Counted from the first letter of the stretch, positions 1 to 10,271 are shown. The stretch: DNA of 64,000 nt from Bacillota bacterium (GCA_013178415.1 JABLXA010000017.1:69747-133746), one strand, 5' to 3'. The notes: generated from the sequence alone by a model not told the origin. Translations and numbers: made by a program.

Positions 1-33
1 TTTGGCATGTCGAGTTGTTTTACGTATATACAT
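1..33 (-). CDS. Transposase N-terminus (partial, runs off the window)
   Basis: ATG TAT ATA CGT AAA ACA ACT CGA CAT GCC AAA on the minus strand, inside the repeated end and just downstream of a SigA-type promoter. Confidence 0.65.
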   Translation of the reverse strand, partial: MYIRKTTRHAK

Positions 34-39
34 GCCACT

Positions 40-67
40 ATCATATCATGTATCTAAGAATTGTCAA
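40..67 (-). promoter_or_regulatory. SigA/sigma70-type promoter of the IS transposase, probably leaderless
   Basis: TTGACA-N16-TATGAT with an extended -10 TG; the ATG lies 6 nt after the -10 and there is no SD. Confidence 0.6.
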
Positions 68-124
68 GCGAAAATCGTATCACTTGTCGTCACTATTTTG
101 AGCTTATGCAGATGGACAATGTGT

Positions 125-1279
125 CTAGCTGGGCTTTTGCCTTACTCGACACCCCAAAATGATCGAAAAATAGGCCTGGGTTGCGGAAGTTGGGCTAGGC
201 ATCAACTGAACAGATCGCATGAGCTCCTCATGGGCGGGGTTGAGGGCCTTCCCAACCAAAAAGGTGACTTTGTCTGCTTTCAAAAGCTCTCCTGCGAGGA
301 GGGTAGCCCCGTCCCGAGATTCCCTCAGCGGCCCGCCGGCCATTGTGTTTTCTAGCTTCTCAATACACTTGTTAAGGGTCAGAATTCCTTCTGTTACCAT
401 ATCTACCCCTTCGATGCTGGCAATCGGAGGAACACTTGGATCCTCATATTCCAAACTGGTCCTCAATGGCCGATTCATCTCCCTGGCCACCATATTGGCT
501 GTAGCTCCCCCGCAGATGATCCTCTTGGCATCTCGAGCTCCCAATAACTTGGAGACGACAGCATGATCCAATCTTGCGTCTTCGGGCGGTCCCGTTAACA
601 AGATAATGACCCTTGGAGTCCTCGCCTTTGCTATCACAACAGTTGAATCATCCCCCAGCGTGGACAGGTAGCACGCGTCCACCAGGTCCATAACCTTTTC
701 AGCTATTTTTGCAGCATCTTCCTGAATCAGGTCCCTACTGATGATGTTATCCGCCAATCCCTCGTCGCCAATGCCGAGTTTGAATAGGCCTCCCCCAACG
801 CCTGCATTTGTTATCCCATCGCTGGCAAGGATCAGGAGATCTCCTGGCTTCACCTGGAAGAAGGCTTCAGCGACGTCTTTCCCAGCTATTTGCCTGGTCC
901 TTCCTTCTACCGGCGCAACCCTGTTGTTGCTCAGCAGGATCAACGGAGGGTTATCATACTCTATCAAATGGGCACTGCCATCCTCCGACACCCGCAATAC
1001 AGATAGGGTTGAATATGCAATGCCCCTGACTTTGCAGACCGGCAAGGTATCAGCTATCGTCTCAAACACCTGATCTAGTCCGATCTTCCTCTGCAATAAG
1101 CGGGAGGCGATTCTAGTCGTGAGAATTGATAGGATACTGGCTTTGATACCACTACCCATGCCATCGGATAAAATCACTGTCGTGGCGTCAGCCGTCTTTA
1201 TCACTTCGGTTGAATCACCGCACACCTCTTCCCCCTGCTTAGACAGGCTGGCTACACTTACGTCAAGTTTTATGCTCAT
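125..1279 (-). pseudogene. hfsC: SpoIIE/PP2C-type Ser/Thr phosphatase (HfsC-like), C-terminus replaced by IS sequence
   Basis: PP2C motifs ILSDGMGSG, LASDGI and DDSTV; directly downstream of the sensory hydrogenase; the last about 23 codons come from the IS end (125..194). Confidence 0.8.
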
Positions 1280-2994
1280 CCTGTCTTCCCCTCGCTTCTT
1301 TCCATTATCTCTATAAGCTCTAAAAGTGTCGCCTTTGTGTCTGCAGTGCTTTCACCTAGCAGCCCAGCGATCTCCTGGGCGATCCTCATCTGCTCTCTGA
1401 TGACCTTTGACGCGCGGGTAAGAGCTTCACGGCGCATATTGGCCAGCTCTTGCTCTTGCGCCTCCTCGGAGGAGATGTCGGTAATCACCCCTATCACCAC
1501 CCCATATTTGGGCAAGGGATATAACATCTGACGCGTTACCAGGCCATACTGCTCGTACTGTTTGCGCAGATTGACCATGATCTTCTGCTCATCCCAGACT
1601 TTCTTGAAATCTGTGGGGTCGATAAAGGCGCTGAGATGCTTGCCCTTTGGCGGTATCTTTTTCCGGTTGAACATCCTGTTTGCCGCCTGATTGAATTCTT
1701 GTATCACCATATCTTTATCAACCACAATAATGGCGTTTAGACTTGTATCTACGACGATGTTAGACAGAGATTCGGCCTTTTCTCGCATATGGGTGACGCA
1801 CATCTCCGGTTCCGCCAACCCCCGATATACAGCTATCGCCTTTTCCCTGCATGTCGAATAGCCACAGCCGCCGCAGTTCTTTTCGTCTTCGGGAGAAAAC
1901 TTGCCTGTTAGCGCCAGTATTTTGCGTATTTCTTCCTCTGTAGGCATAGCCTCATCGAGGGGTGTCGCAGAATGCTCTCTTGACAGGCTGACCTGCGGGA
2001 TCATATGCACCTCTTGGGCTTTCGCCGCTGAATCAATCTCTCTGGAGAACTTGAGAAGCCGTTTTTGTCTAGCGGATATCCCGAGATTATTAGCCATCGC
2101 GGGGCCACCGATACATCCACCAGCACATCCAAAAGCCTCAACAAATCGAGGGGACAGATGCCCCTCCTCCATGTCCTTAAATGTCTCCATACACTCCTCG
2201 ACTCCGCTGATGACTGGCATGTCATCATAAGGTATCCCCTCTAGACCCGAAGCTTTCAAAATCCCGTATCTGAGCGGGTAGGTCCTGGCATGCGTTGAAA
2301 TCCTATCGGGATATACATCTTCCAGCGTCTCCGGGGCGATTCCGTTCAGTGAGAAATATCCCAGTAACTCCTCAAACGTAATTACCGCATCGAGCGCATC
2401 CTCAGCGTCACCCAACCCGGGCTCCGCTTTTTTGGCGAAACATGGCCCCACGAAGACTACCCTTACGTCTTCTCCTCTTTCTTTCTTTATCATCCGGGCA
2501 TGGGCCGCCATCGGAGACATAAGACGCGCCAGGGAACCCACAAGACGTGGGAAATACTTTTCTATGAGGTTGACTACTACCGGACAGCAGCTCGTTATGA
2601 TGGTGGAATTTCCTTGAGAGTTGAAAAGCCTGGCGTATTGCTCTGCGATAGCCTCGGCAGCTACGGCGGTCTCTTCTATGCGATCGACTCCCAACTGGCG
2701 TAAGGCGGCGGTGAACTTCCATGGAGTGGAATACTCTGTAGCCGCTAGATAGGAAGGGGCCAGGCTCACAATGACCTTTTCGCCCGCCTTCAGGAAGTCG
2801 TCGAGCTTCGATATCTGGGAAACAGTGCTTTTTGCCTTCTGTGGGCAGACATTCACACACCGCCCGCAGAAAAGACAGTTTTCCTCCACCACATGCGCCT
2901 GTGAATCTTTGATGGCAATAGCCTTGACTGGGCAATGACGCACGCACTTATAGCAATCCCGGCATTTTGCCTCACTCGTTACAATCGTGCTCAT
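1276..2994 (-). CDS. hfsB: Group C sensory [FeFe]-hydrogenase (HydS/HfsB): 2x[4Fe-4S], H-cluster-like domain, FeS domain, PAS
   Basis: CRDCYKCVRHCP and CLFCGRCVNVCP; TSCCP, GPCFAKKAE and EAFGCAGGCIGG; CGGCGYSTC; C-terminal PAS. Start reassigned to ATG 2994 (MSTIV). Confidence 0.9.
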   Translation of the reverse strand: MSTIVTSEAKCRDCYKCVRHCPVKAIAIKDSQAHVVEENCLFCGRCVNVCPQKAKSTVSQISKLDDFLKAGEKVIVSLAPSYLAATEYSTPWKFTAALRQLGVDRIEETAVAAEAIAEQYARLFNSQGNSTIITSCCPVVVNLIEKYFPRLVGSLARLMSPMAAHARMIKKERGEDVRVVFVGPCFAKKAEPGLGDAEDALDAVITFEELLGYFSLNGIAPETLEDVYPDRISTHARTYPLRYGILKASGLEGIPYDDMPVISGVEECMETFKDMEEGHLSPRFVEAFGCAGGCIGGPAMANNLGISARQKRLLKFSREIDSAAKAQEVHMIPQVSLSREHSATPLDEAMPTEEEIRKILALTGKFSPEDEKNCGGCGYSTCREKAIAVYRGLAEPEMCVTHMREKAESLSNIVVDTSLNAIIVVDKDMVIQEFNQAANRMFNRKKIPPKGKHLSAFIDPTDFKKVWDEQKIMVNLRKQYEQYGLVTRQMLYPLPKYGVVIGVITDISSEEAQEQELANMRREALTRASKVIREQMRIAQEIAGLLGESTADTKATLLELIEIMERSEGKTG

Positions 2995-3238
2995 GCTTTT
3001 CGGCCTCCAACATCTTATCGTGGAACAATTCCGCGATATTATCTTTGTTGACGCCTGTAACGATCTCATCACCAAACTTGACTACGACGCCCTCAGTGCA
3101 CCGCCCTTGACAAAAGCAGGCCTCCAGCTCTATCTCCGCATCTTTTCCGCTTTCATGGATGAGGTCTTGCAGGATCTTTATTATCCCTCTCGACCCTTTA
3201 ACATGGCAGCCGCTCCCTATACAAACGGTGATTATCAT
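2972..3238 (-). CDS. hfsA: Thioredoxin-like [2Fe-2S] ferredoxin (HfsA-like)
   Basis: VCIGSGCHVKG...CFCQGRC pattern; first gene of the hfs-like operon; start at MIITVC. Confidence 0.85.
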   Translation of the reverse strand: MIITVCIGSGCHVKGSRGIIKILQDLIHESGKDAEIELEACFCQGRCTEGVVVKFGDEIVTGVNKDNIAELFHDKMLEAEKHEHDCNE

Positions 3239-3317
3239 GGTTTGCGCCTCCTGTCTCCCCATTTATGTCCCATTTTCCGCGGCCCTGAGAGGATATAACC
3301 GGTTGGGCAAGTTATTA

Positions 3318-3356
3318 TCGTTAGTTGAGTAACAATGTTTGTTAAAAATATAACGA
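3318..3356. promoter_or_regulatory. Two adjacent Rex-like operators upstream of hfsA
   Basis: TCGTTAGTTGAGTAACAA (3318-3335) and TTGTTAAAAATATAACGA (3339-3356), compared with the consensus TTGTTAA-N4-TTAACAA. Confidence 0.55.
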
Positions 3357-3568
3357 TCTTCGGCAACAGTATATATCTTTGATATCGTTCTTGTAAAGAG
3401 GGGAAAATGTGTTTTTGCCTGCGTCGAGATATGCCAGCGCGGGAACGTCTCTGAGCTCGATGGGCGACGTTGTTTTCACATTTAAGTGCACAGGTGAGAA
3501 CGGTATCTCTAAAGCCGGCATTGGTTCTGTGTGTGGAGCTTTAGCCATGGGAGGATGTCAGATGGGAT

Positions 3569-3636
3569 TGGACGGGGAAGAGGGCCTAAGCCCTCCTCCC
3601 CGCCGCCTTGCGTTTGTTAGCCGCATCGCTTACCAT
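3569..3636 (+). repeat. Degenerate about 68-bp direct repeat, copy A (copy B at 7714..7779)
   Basis: Shares blocks gaag.gggcct, aagcc, tcctcccc and cgcatcgctta.cat with 7714..7779. Confidence 0.6.
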
Positions 3637-3794
3637 TAGATCACCGATCAAGCTCGAACTCGGCTATCTGTCGGGTATGGATATCTAGCTTCGAAGTCAT
3701 AGCAATGTCCAGGTATATTGAGGTCACGCTCTCTGTGTACACCCTTCATATCGCGCGCATCTTCTAAAATCGAGCTTGTGTATCCATGGAAGGA

Positions 3795-4751
3795 TCAGTC
3801 GTACAATAAGGGCTTGATCTGGAGGGAATCGATGTTGGTCTTATCATACCAGTAGAATCCAGTATCGATGACTTTTGGCAGCTTCTGTCCCTTTATGGCC
3901 ATAACAGCAGCCTTAACAGCCTCATAGCCAATGCCAATAGGGTTCTGAGTTATCGCGCCGGCCATTAATCCTGAACGAATGGCAGCCATTTGCTGCTTAC
4001 CCGAGTCATAGCCTATGACGACAATCTTGCCTTTCATGTTCATTTCGGCCACAGCGTTGATCACACCGATGGCGGAACCCTCATTGGCTCCAAAAAAGCC
4101 CTTGAGGTTTGGATGGGCCATGATAATTGCCTTCGCGAGGTCAGTAGATTTAAGATGGTCGCCGCCGCCATATTGTACATCAACGATCTTGATCCTAGGA
4201 TATTTCTGTTTGATGCGGTTAACAAAGCCATCACGGCGGTCAATTCCGGTACGGCTGGTCTGGTCGTGCACGATGACAGCAACCTCGCCCTCATAACCGA
4301 TAAGCTCCGCCATTTTATCAGCGGCAAGAGCGGCAGCAGCAACATTGTTTGTAGCGGCAGTCGTGACTGGGATATCGCTGTCTACGCCGGAGTCAAAGCC
4401 AATAACAGGGATGCCGGCAGCCTTAGCCTGCTCAAGCAACGGAATAACCGCCTTGCTGTCCAGCGCGGCCAAGGCGATAGCCTTGGGGTGTTTGCTGAGA
4501 GCAGCCTGAAGCATATCAATCTGCTTATCAACCTGAGATTCACTTTCAGGGCCTTCGAATGTGATCTCAACATCAAATTCTTTAGCAGCCTTTTCAGCGC
4601 CCAATTTGACTGCCTGCCAGAATTGATGCTGAAACCCCTTGGAGATAAGAGGGATATAGATCTTCTCTTTAGCCTGGCCAAGACCGCTGAAAAGTCCTAT
4701 GAAAAATAGCAAACTCAGCATTACAGCAAGAACTACCCTTGCCTTACGCAC
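3795..4751 (-). CDS. Monosaccharide/polyol ABC transporter substrate-binding protein (RbsB-like)
   Basis: Signal peptide without a lipobox; KGFQHQFWQAVK and GFDSG motifs; in an operon with a permease and an ATPase. Confidence 0.9.
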   Translation of the reverse strand: MRKARVVLAVMLSLLFFIGLFSGLGQAKEKIYIPLISKGFQHQFWQAVKLGAEKAAKEFDVEITFEGPESESQVDKQIDMLQAALSKHPKAIALAALDSKAVIPLLEQAKAAGIPVIGFDSGVDSDIPVTTAATNNVAAAALAADKMAELIGYEGEVAVIVHDQTSRTGIDRRDGFVNRIKQKYPRIKIVDVQYGGGDHLKSTDLAKAIIMAHPNLKGFFGANEGSAIGVINAVAEMNMKGKIVVIGYDSGKQQMAAIRSGLMAGAITQNPIGIGYEAVKAAVMAIKGQKLPKVIDTGFYWYDKTNIDSLQIKPLLYD

Positions 4752-4961
4752 ACAAGATCCCTCCTTGATAATCTTACCTTACTCGCATTTTGGGGCAAGT
4801 CTGACGGTCTGGTGCATCCCTACGAGGAAGCCCATAGATCTTCCCTCTTCTCGCTCGAAATTCGCTATTCCCTTCACCTCCTGCATTATATTCCCCTTTC
4901 CTTATGCCTCTCGCATAATATGAGAGCCAGCCCAAGTGATACAGAGGGTCTCAGATGATGT

Positions 4962-5951
4962 CTACCTCTGGCGCCGGCGAATGATGTCTGCATATACTGC
5001 CGCTATAACGATAACGCCGATAACGACCGTTTGCCACTCCTGGGGGATCGAGAGGATACGGAGGCCATTTGTTAACACGCTCATGATGAATGCGCCGATT
5101 ACCGTCCCCAATATGGTACCCTCCCCCCCGCTAAGGGATGTGCCACCGATAACAACTGCTGCAATGGCTTCCAATTCGTAGCCTTGACCTAGAGCCGGCT
5201 GTGCCGAATTTAGACGAGAGGCCATCATGACACCAGCTAGGCCACTGAACATTCCACCGATCGTGTAGACAATGATCTTCCAGGCATCGACATTGATACC
5301 TGAAAGGCGGGCCGCTTCTTCGTTGCTACCGAGGGCGAAAGTATATCTTCCTATCACTGTCTTAGTTAGCATGAAACCCGCGATCAGGGCCGCCCCGAAG
5401 AAGATCAGCACAGCATTAGGGATACTCAGGAATGAGCCCATGGAAATCTTGCGGAAGACAGGTGTGTCTATAAAATAGATGGGTTTTGTGCCGGAAATCA
5501 CGAGGGAAAGCCCCTTCGCGATCATCATCATACCCAGCGTAGCTATAAACGGCGGGATCTTCACCTTGGCTGTCAGCGAACCACTGATAAATCCACATAG
5601 GGCTCCTGAGGCAATTCCACCTATTACCCCTATGATAACAGGTAATCTCCAGAACGTGATAAAAACGCCAGTCATAACTGCCGCGAAGGTCATAACAGTG
5701 CCCACAGACAAATCGATGCCACCGGTGATTATCACAAATGTAACCCCTACCGCTAATACGCCATTTACGGCGGTGGCAAGCAAGATACCGATTATGTTGT
5801 TGAACTTCGCGAAGTTTGGTGAAGCAAGCGAAAAGACGAGGAACATCACGATCAGGCTTGCGAAGGCAAGGAGTTTTTGCGTGGCATCGGAACGGAATAA
5901 AGACTTTCTGGGCACGCGCTTATCCCTTATGACCGCAAGTCTGCCTTCCAT
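4962..5951 (-). CDS. Monosaccharide ABC transporter permease (RbsC-like)
   Basis: GGIDLSVG, PPFIATLG and GYELEAIAAVVIGGTSLSGG motifs. Confidence 0.92.
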   Translation of the reverse strand: MEGRLAVIRDKRVPRKSLFRSDATQKLLAFASLIVMFLVFSLASPNFAKFNNIIGILLATAVNGVLAVGVTFVIITGGIDLSVGTVMTFAAVMTGVFITFWRLPVIIGVIGGIASGALCGFISGSLTAKVKIPPFIATLGMMMIAKGLSLVISGTKPIYFIDTPVFRKISMGSFLSIPNAVLIFFGAALIAGFMLTKTVIGRYTFALGSNEEAARLSGINVDAWKIIVYTIGGMFSGLAGVMMASRLNSAQPALGQGYELEAIAAVVIGGTSLSGGEGTILGTVIGAFIMSVLTNGLRILSIPQEWQTVVIGVIVIAAVYADIIRRRQR

Positions 5952-5954
5952 ATC

Positions 5955-7502
5955 TTAGACCCCCAATATTGGCCCTTCCGGGATCAGCGGATATCGAGCG
6001 CCATTTTCGCGCATTGTAGCATACTGCATGATACGTTCCTCTGTAGCCTCTGAAGCGCCAAATTCACCAGTTATTCGGCCTTCACACATTACGATGATAC
6101 GATGGCTCATGCGCAAGATCTCGGGCAACTCCGAGGAAATCATGATGATGGATTTCCCGCTTGCCGCCAGGTCATTAAGGAGCTTATAGATCTCGTTCTT
6201 CGCGCCCACGTCAAGACCGCGGGTAGGCTCATCGAATATCAAAATATCGCAATTTCGAATCAGCCACTTAGCAATAACTACTTTTTGCTGGTTGCCTCCG
6301 GAAAGATATTTGACCTTCTGTTGCAGACTTGGTGTCTTGATATTGAGTTCATCTACATGCGCTTGCGCCTCGGTCCGGATCTTGGCCCTATTCACGTACC
6401 CAAGGAAACCCAGAAACCTCTCGAGTGTGGCTATCACGATATTGGTTTCTACATCTATACCTAGCATCAGTCCATAGCGTTTACGGTCTTCGGATAGATA
6501 ACCTATGCCATGCCTAACAGCATCCCTGGGGCTCTTGATATCGATCTTCCGACCTCTCACGTAGACTTCGCCAGAATCGATAGGATCTGCGCCGAAAACC
6601 GCACGAGCCACCTCTGTGCGCCCAGCACCCATAAGTCCAGCGAAACCGAGGATCTCGCCTTTCCTGAGTCTAAAGCTTACGTCCTTGATCACACGGCCCC
6701 GATTCAGGTTCCTTACCTCAAGTACAACTTCCTGGCCGCCGCTTTCCAAGTCTGCGCGGGACGTCGCATAGATCTCACGCCCCACCATCATGCTGATGAT
6801 CTTATCAATGGTGGCATCTTGAGTATTGACCGTACCTATATACCGACCATCGCGCATTACAGTGACGCGATCAGAGATCTGTTTCAGTTCCTCCAATCGA
6901 TGGGAGATATAGATAATTCCTACGCCTTGGTCACGGAGCCGGCGGATGATCCGAAAGAGCTCTTGCGTTTCCGCTTCACTTAGAGCTGATGTAGGCTCAT
7001 CCATGATGAGCACTTCTGAATTATACGATAAGGCCTTGGCAATCTCGACCATCTGCTGTTTGGCGACTGTAAGATCCGAAACCCTGGTTCGCGGGTCTAG
7101 TTCAAGGTGCATCATATCAAGCAGCTGTCTGGCCTTTTGATTGAGCTTCTTTTCATCTAAGAGAAACCCGATGCCCCTACGCGGCTCTCGGCCAATGAAG
7201 ATATTCTGCGCTACAGTCAAGTGCGGCATAAGGTTCAATTCCTGATGGATCATGCTGATGCCTAATTCTTGTGCCGCCCTCGGGTTTGGGATCTCAACCT
7301 CCCTCCCTTTGAAAAGAATACGCCCTCCGTCTTTCTGATAAGCGCCGGTGAGCACCTTCATGAGCGTAGTTTTACCGGCGCCATTTTCGCCGACCAATGC
7401 ATGCACCTCGCCAGCGCGGAGCTCAAACTGACATTGGTTGAGAGCATGCACACCCGGGAAGGTTTTTTCTATTCCCTCCATCAAGATTAGAACTTCGCCC
7501 AT
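5955..7502 (-). CDS. Monosaccharide ABC transporter ATP-binding protein (RbsA-like, two ABC domains)
   Basis: [21 protein letters not shown] and FDEPTRG motifs. Confidence 0.93.
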   Translation of the reverse strand: MGEVLILMEGIEKTFPGVHALNQCQFELRAGEVHALVGENGAGKTTLMKVLTGAYQKDGGRILFKGREVEIPNPRAAQELGISMIHQELNLMPHLTVAQNIFIGREPRRGIGFLLDEKKLNQKARQLLDMMHLELDPRTRVSDLTVAKQQMVEIAKALSYNSEVLIMDEPTSALSEAETQELFRIIRRLRDQGVGIIYISHRLEELKQISDRVTVMRDGRYIGTVNTQDATIDKIISMMVGREIYATSRADLESGGQEVVLEVRNLNRGRVIKDVSFRLRKGEILGFAGLMGAGRTEVARAVFGADPIDSGEVYVRGRKIDIKSPRDAVRHGIGYLSEDRKRYGLMLGIDVETNIVIATLERFLGFLGYVNRAKIRTEAQAHVDELNIKTPSLQQKVKYLSGGNQQKVVIAKWLIRNCDILIFDEPTRGLDVGAKNEIYKLLNDLAASGKSIIMISSELPEILRMSHRIIVMCEGRITGEFGASEATEERIMQYATMRENGARYPLIPEGPILGV

Positions 7503-7713
7503 CTGTTATCTCCCCAAACTCGTCATATGCCATTTCAGACAGGTCCGCAACGCTCTATTCTCATCTATGCATACAGGGCATACAGGCTGGTACCCTCTGC
7601 TTTTTTAATCCGCAGCGCATAGGGGAGTCAAAGGTAATATTCAAAATTGACTATACTTTAGATAATCTGAATCTCTATTTAGACTAATACACCATCTAAC
7701 CGGGAATTCCTCC

Positions 7714-7779
7714 TTAGACGAAGGGGGCCTCAAGCCTCCTCCCCACTGCCCTGCGGCTACCAGACGCATCGCTTATCAT
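7714..7779 (+). repeat. Degenerate direct repeat, copy B (copy A at 3569..3636)
   Basis: Manual alignment to copy A. Confidence 0.6.
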
Positions 7780-7811
7780 CATATTGACCTGCTGCTACAT
7801 TTTCATATCTT

Positions 7812-8321
7812 TTGGCCGCTCTGGGAGTCAGCCAAACTACGAGATTCGGCATGAGCTTCTTCGTTGGTCTTGGCAACAAGGCTGATGTGGACTTCTCCGA
7901 ATTCATGGCGTATGCAGGCAAGAAAGAGGCTGGAGCAATAAGAGCAAGGACATGGGAAGACTTCCTTGACAGCGCCTTAGCCCTAGGTCATATGCCGCCG
8001 CTTCGCAGCGAAAATATCGTGATGGTCACAAATGGTGGAGGCTCAGGACTCCTTGCATCAGATGAATTTGAGAGAAGGGGTATTCCGCTTCGTGAACTCA
8101 AGGACATTTCACCTGAACTCTCCTCAGGGATTAAGGCATATTATAAGTCCCTGAATAAAGCCGTAGTATCGGAATTTCAGGGTGGAGCTGAATGCGACGA
8201 TGCCATCAAGAAATTGCGGGATGCAGGTATACCAGCGTATCCAACACCTGAGAGGGCTGTTACGGCTCTGGTAGCGCTGAGAGAATATGCGAAAATAAAG
8301 GAAGAATTCCGCGCTAAATAA
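7812..8321 (+). pseudogene. Internally deleted remnant of an ADP-forming acyl-CoA synthetase alpha subunit (AcdA-like)
   Basis: Collinear but discontinuous motifs GLGNKADVD, AGAIRA, TNGGGSGLLASD and GIPAYPTPERAV; no N-terminal CoA-binding domain; 169 aa against about 460 aa typical. Confidence 0.65.
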
Positions 8322-8459
8322 TGACTGCGCTTATGTCAATTTCATCCTAAAGGTGTCAATGCGCGGCATTCAAAAAGCACCCTCATGCTGCTGCGACAGC
8401 GTCGCCAAAGGGATGAAAATGGTAGTGGTTCGTTTTTGGGGCACTATGGGGCGGTCTGC

Positions 8460-9155
8460 TCAATCGCGAGCAGGCTGCTCCTGGCTGCCCCTGCAGTCGA
8501 TCTCGCCCTCATTGTCTACTTGCCTCTGTTTTCTCTGTGATGCGGGATGATGCTCACCCCAAGAACGGCCGAATGCCTCCGCTGTTTCCATAAGTACGCT
8601 CCCGAATAACTGCTTAAGAGTAAGCACAGGGGTAAATCCGGCGCATGCGGCAGCAAGTTGGCGATCCTCAGTGATCAAAGGAACGCCATATTTCATGCTG
8701 AGCATCACATAGACGGCATCATACACGGTAAGGCCTATCTTGCGAGATAATGCTCCAAGAATAGGGATGCTACCGGGAGGCAGGTCAATACATTGTATCG
8801 GGCACGCATCTAATGCCTCAAGATCGCGAAAGAAATCAGCATCCTGTTCAGGAGACCATCGAAGGACATTCGTCACCTCATACCAGAACAGAGAGGGCGC
8901 GATAAGTCGCCTGTAACCTTTATACGCCTCGATGAGAAGTCGCGTCGCGAGCTCCGATCCATCTTCATCTAGAAACCATTTTACCCCTATACAGGCGTCA
9001 ATGACATAGACCGGCGCAATTGATGATCTCACCGGGAAAGCGCCGATTTCATCAGGAATGCTTTCCTTTGGGTCCATAGACGGAAGTCCGATATCCGCAT
9101 CCGAATCACCTGCCGGCCCCGCCAAATAGCCTTTGCTCACTGCCTTTCCCGCCAC
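8460..9155 (-). CDS. vapC: PIN-domain (VapC-like) toxin
   Basis: VIDAC, YEV, YDAVY and TEDRQ supply the four acidic PIN residues; overlaps the upstream RHH gene; start uncertain. Confidence 0.8.
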   Translation of the reverse strand: MAGKAVSKGYLAGPAGDSDADIGLPSMDPKESIPDEIGAFPVRSSIAPVYVIDACIGVKWFLDEDGSELATRLLIEAYKGYRRLIAPSLFWYEVTNVLRWSPEQDADFFRDLEALDACPIQCIDLPPGSIPILGALSRKIGLTVYDAVYVMLSMKYGVPLITEDRQLAAACAGFTPVLTLKQLFGSVLMETAEAFGRSWGEHHPASQRKQRQVDNEGEIDCRGSQEQPARD

Positions 9156-9433
9156 CTTCGTATCTCCGCAATTCCGTCGAACCCTTTAAGCCTTTTCGCG
9201 GCCCCTCGAGCCACTTCAAGAGCTTCCTCAAAGGTAATGGACACAGGAATCGATTCAACTACAGGGAATCCTATTCCCCGGTGCCCAGGCTCATCATTCA
9301 TGGCTCGCGAGATGATGCGACGCAACATGGCGCTGCGGGAAAGGCCTTCTGCCTGAGCCATATCATCGAGAGCGGCCAGGTCTTCTCTAGAAAGCATCAC
9401 GTTTACCCGGACCAAATCCTTCTCTTGCGACAT
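9137..9433 (-). CDS. CopG/ribbon-helix-helix antitoxin
   Basis: VRVNVMLSREDLAALDDMAQAEGLSRSAMLR RHH pattern; VapB-like EIRRWRER tail; start uncertain. Confidence 0.75.
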   Translation of the reverse strand: MSQEKDLVRVNVMLSREDLAALDDMAQAEGLSRSAMLRRIISRAMNDEPGHRGIGFPVVESIPVSITFEEALEVARGAAKRLKGFDGIAEIRRWRERQ

Positions 9434-9547
9434 GGGAATTGCGGTAGGAACGCCAGGCCTTGACCTGACGAAATATACCGCCCACCTCCTTTTATGTATG
9501 GAATTGGTTCGCGCTTCTCCTGGCATCATATTTCCAAGTATGCATTT

Positions 9548-9577
9548 ATTATACAATACCCCATTGAAGTGTGTCAA
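9548..9577 (-). promoter_or_regulatory. SigA-type promoter of the TA operon
   Basis: TTGACA-N18-TATAAT, both hexamers perfect. Confidence 0.7.
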
Positions 9578-9758
9578 TAAGAACACACTCTAATGTGTAA
9601 TAGAATGTACCGGCGAATTCGGCACGACTCTGCCGCGGCGACAATGAAGCAAAATATGAATCCGAATCTGCAGGAGATTCTATGTATCATATCGTATATT
9701 GTAATTCATCACAGGAGTGAGGCCGGATTCCGACATATCGAGATATCGAGGTGTAATT

Positions 9759-10271
9759 ATGGATCGCAAATCAGTTCCCATCCATGACTTCGTCACTCGT
9801 CCCTACCATTTATTCGATCAGCAGTGGCTGCTGCTAACCAGCGGCGATTTCCACAAGGGCCATTTCAACGCCATGACCATATCATGGGGCGCTATCGGGT
9901 TCATGTGGGACAGGCCACTCATTGTTACTGTCGTGCGTCCTACCCGTTACACCTACGAATTTATCAACCGTTATGATACATTCACCGTGTGCGCTTTTCC
10001 AGAATCTTGCCGTGACGCGCTTGCTCTGCTCGGCAGTAAATCAGGCCGGGACGGCGATAAAATAACCGAATCAGGATTGACACCTGTCGCCTCGCAGATA
10101 GTGGCCGCGCCTAGCTTCGCGGAGGCGGAACTTGTGGTGGAATGCCGCAAAATATACTGGCAAGATATAGATCCAGGCAATTTTCTAGACCCGTCAATAG
10201 AAAAGTCTTACCCTCAGCAGGATTATCACCGCGCCTATTTTGGCGAGGTAGTGGGGATTTTCAAAGCCTAG
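9759..10271 (+). CDS. Flavin reductase-like FMN-binding protein
   Basis: FNAMTISWG, VRPTRYT and GSKSGRDGDK motifs; SD GAGGTG. Confidence 0.85.
   Translation: MDRKSVPIHDFVTRPYHLFDQQWLLLTSGDFHKGHFNAMTISWGAIGFMWDRPLIVTVVRPTRYTYEFINRYDTFTVCAFPESCRDALALLGSKSGRDGDKITESGLTPVASQIVAAPSFAEAELVVECRKIYWQDIDPGNFLDPSIEKSYPQQDYHRAYFGEVVGIFKA

Larger units (their letters stand above)
1..194 (-). mobile_element. Left (5') end of an IS1634-like insertion sequence, inserted in the hfsC-like gene; the element continues beyond the window start
   Basis: 113..197 is the exact reverse complement of 63916..64000 (85/85 nt). The minus strand from 33 reads MYIRKTTRHAK, resembling IS1634-family transposase N-termini. 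The terminus reads CCCAACTTCCGCAAC; the boundary is 194, or 197 if the shared CTA belongs to the element. Confidence 0.8.

Noticed and set aside
2-355. 117-aa plus-strand ORF
   Set aside because: It spans the IS end and the antisense of hfsC; a shadow ORF
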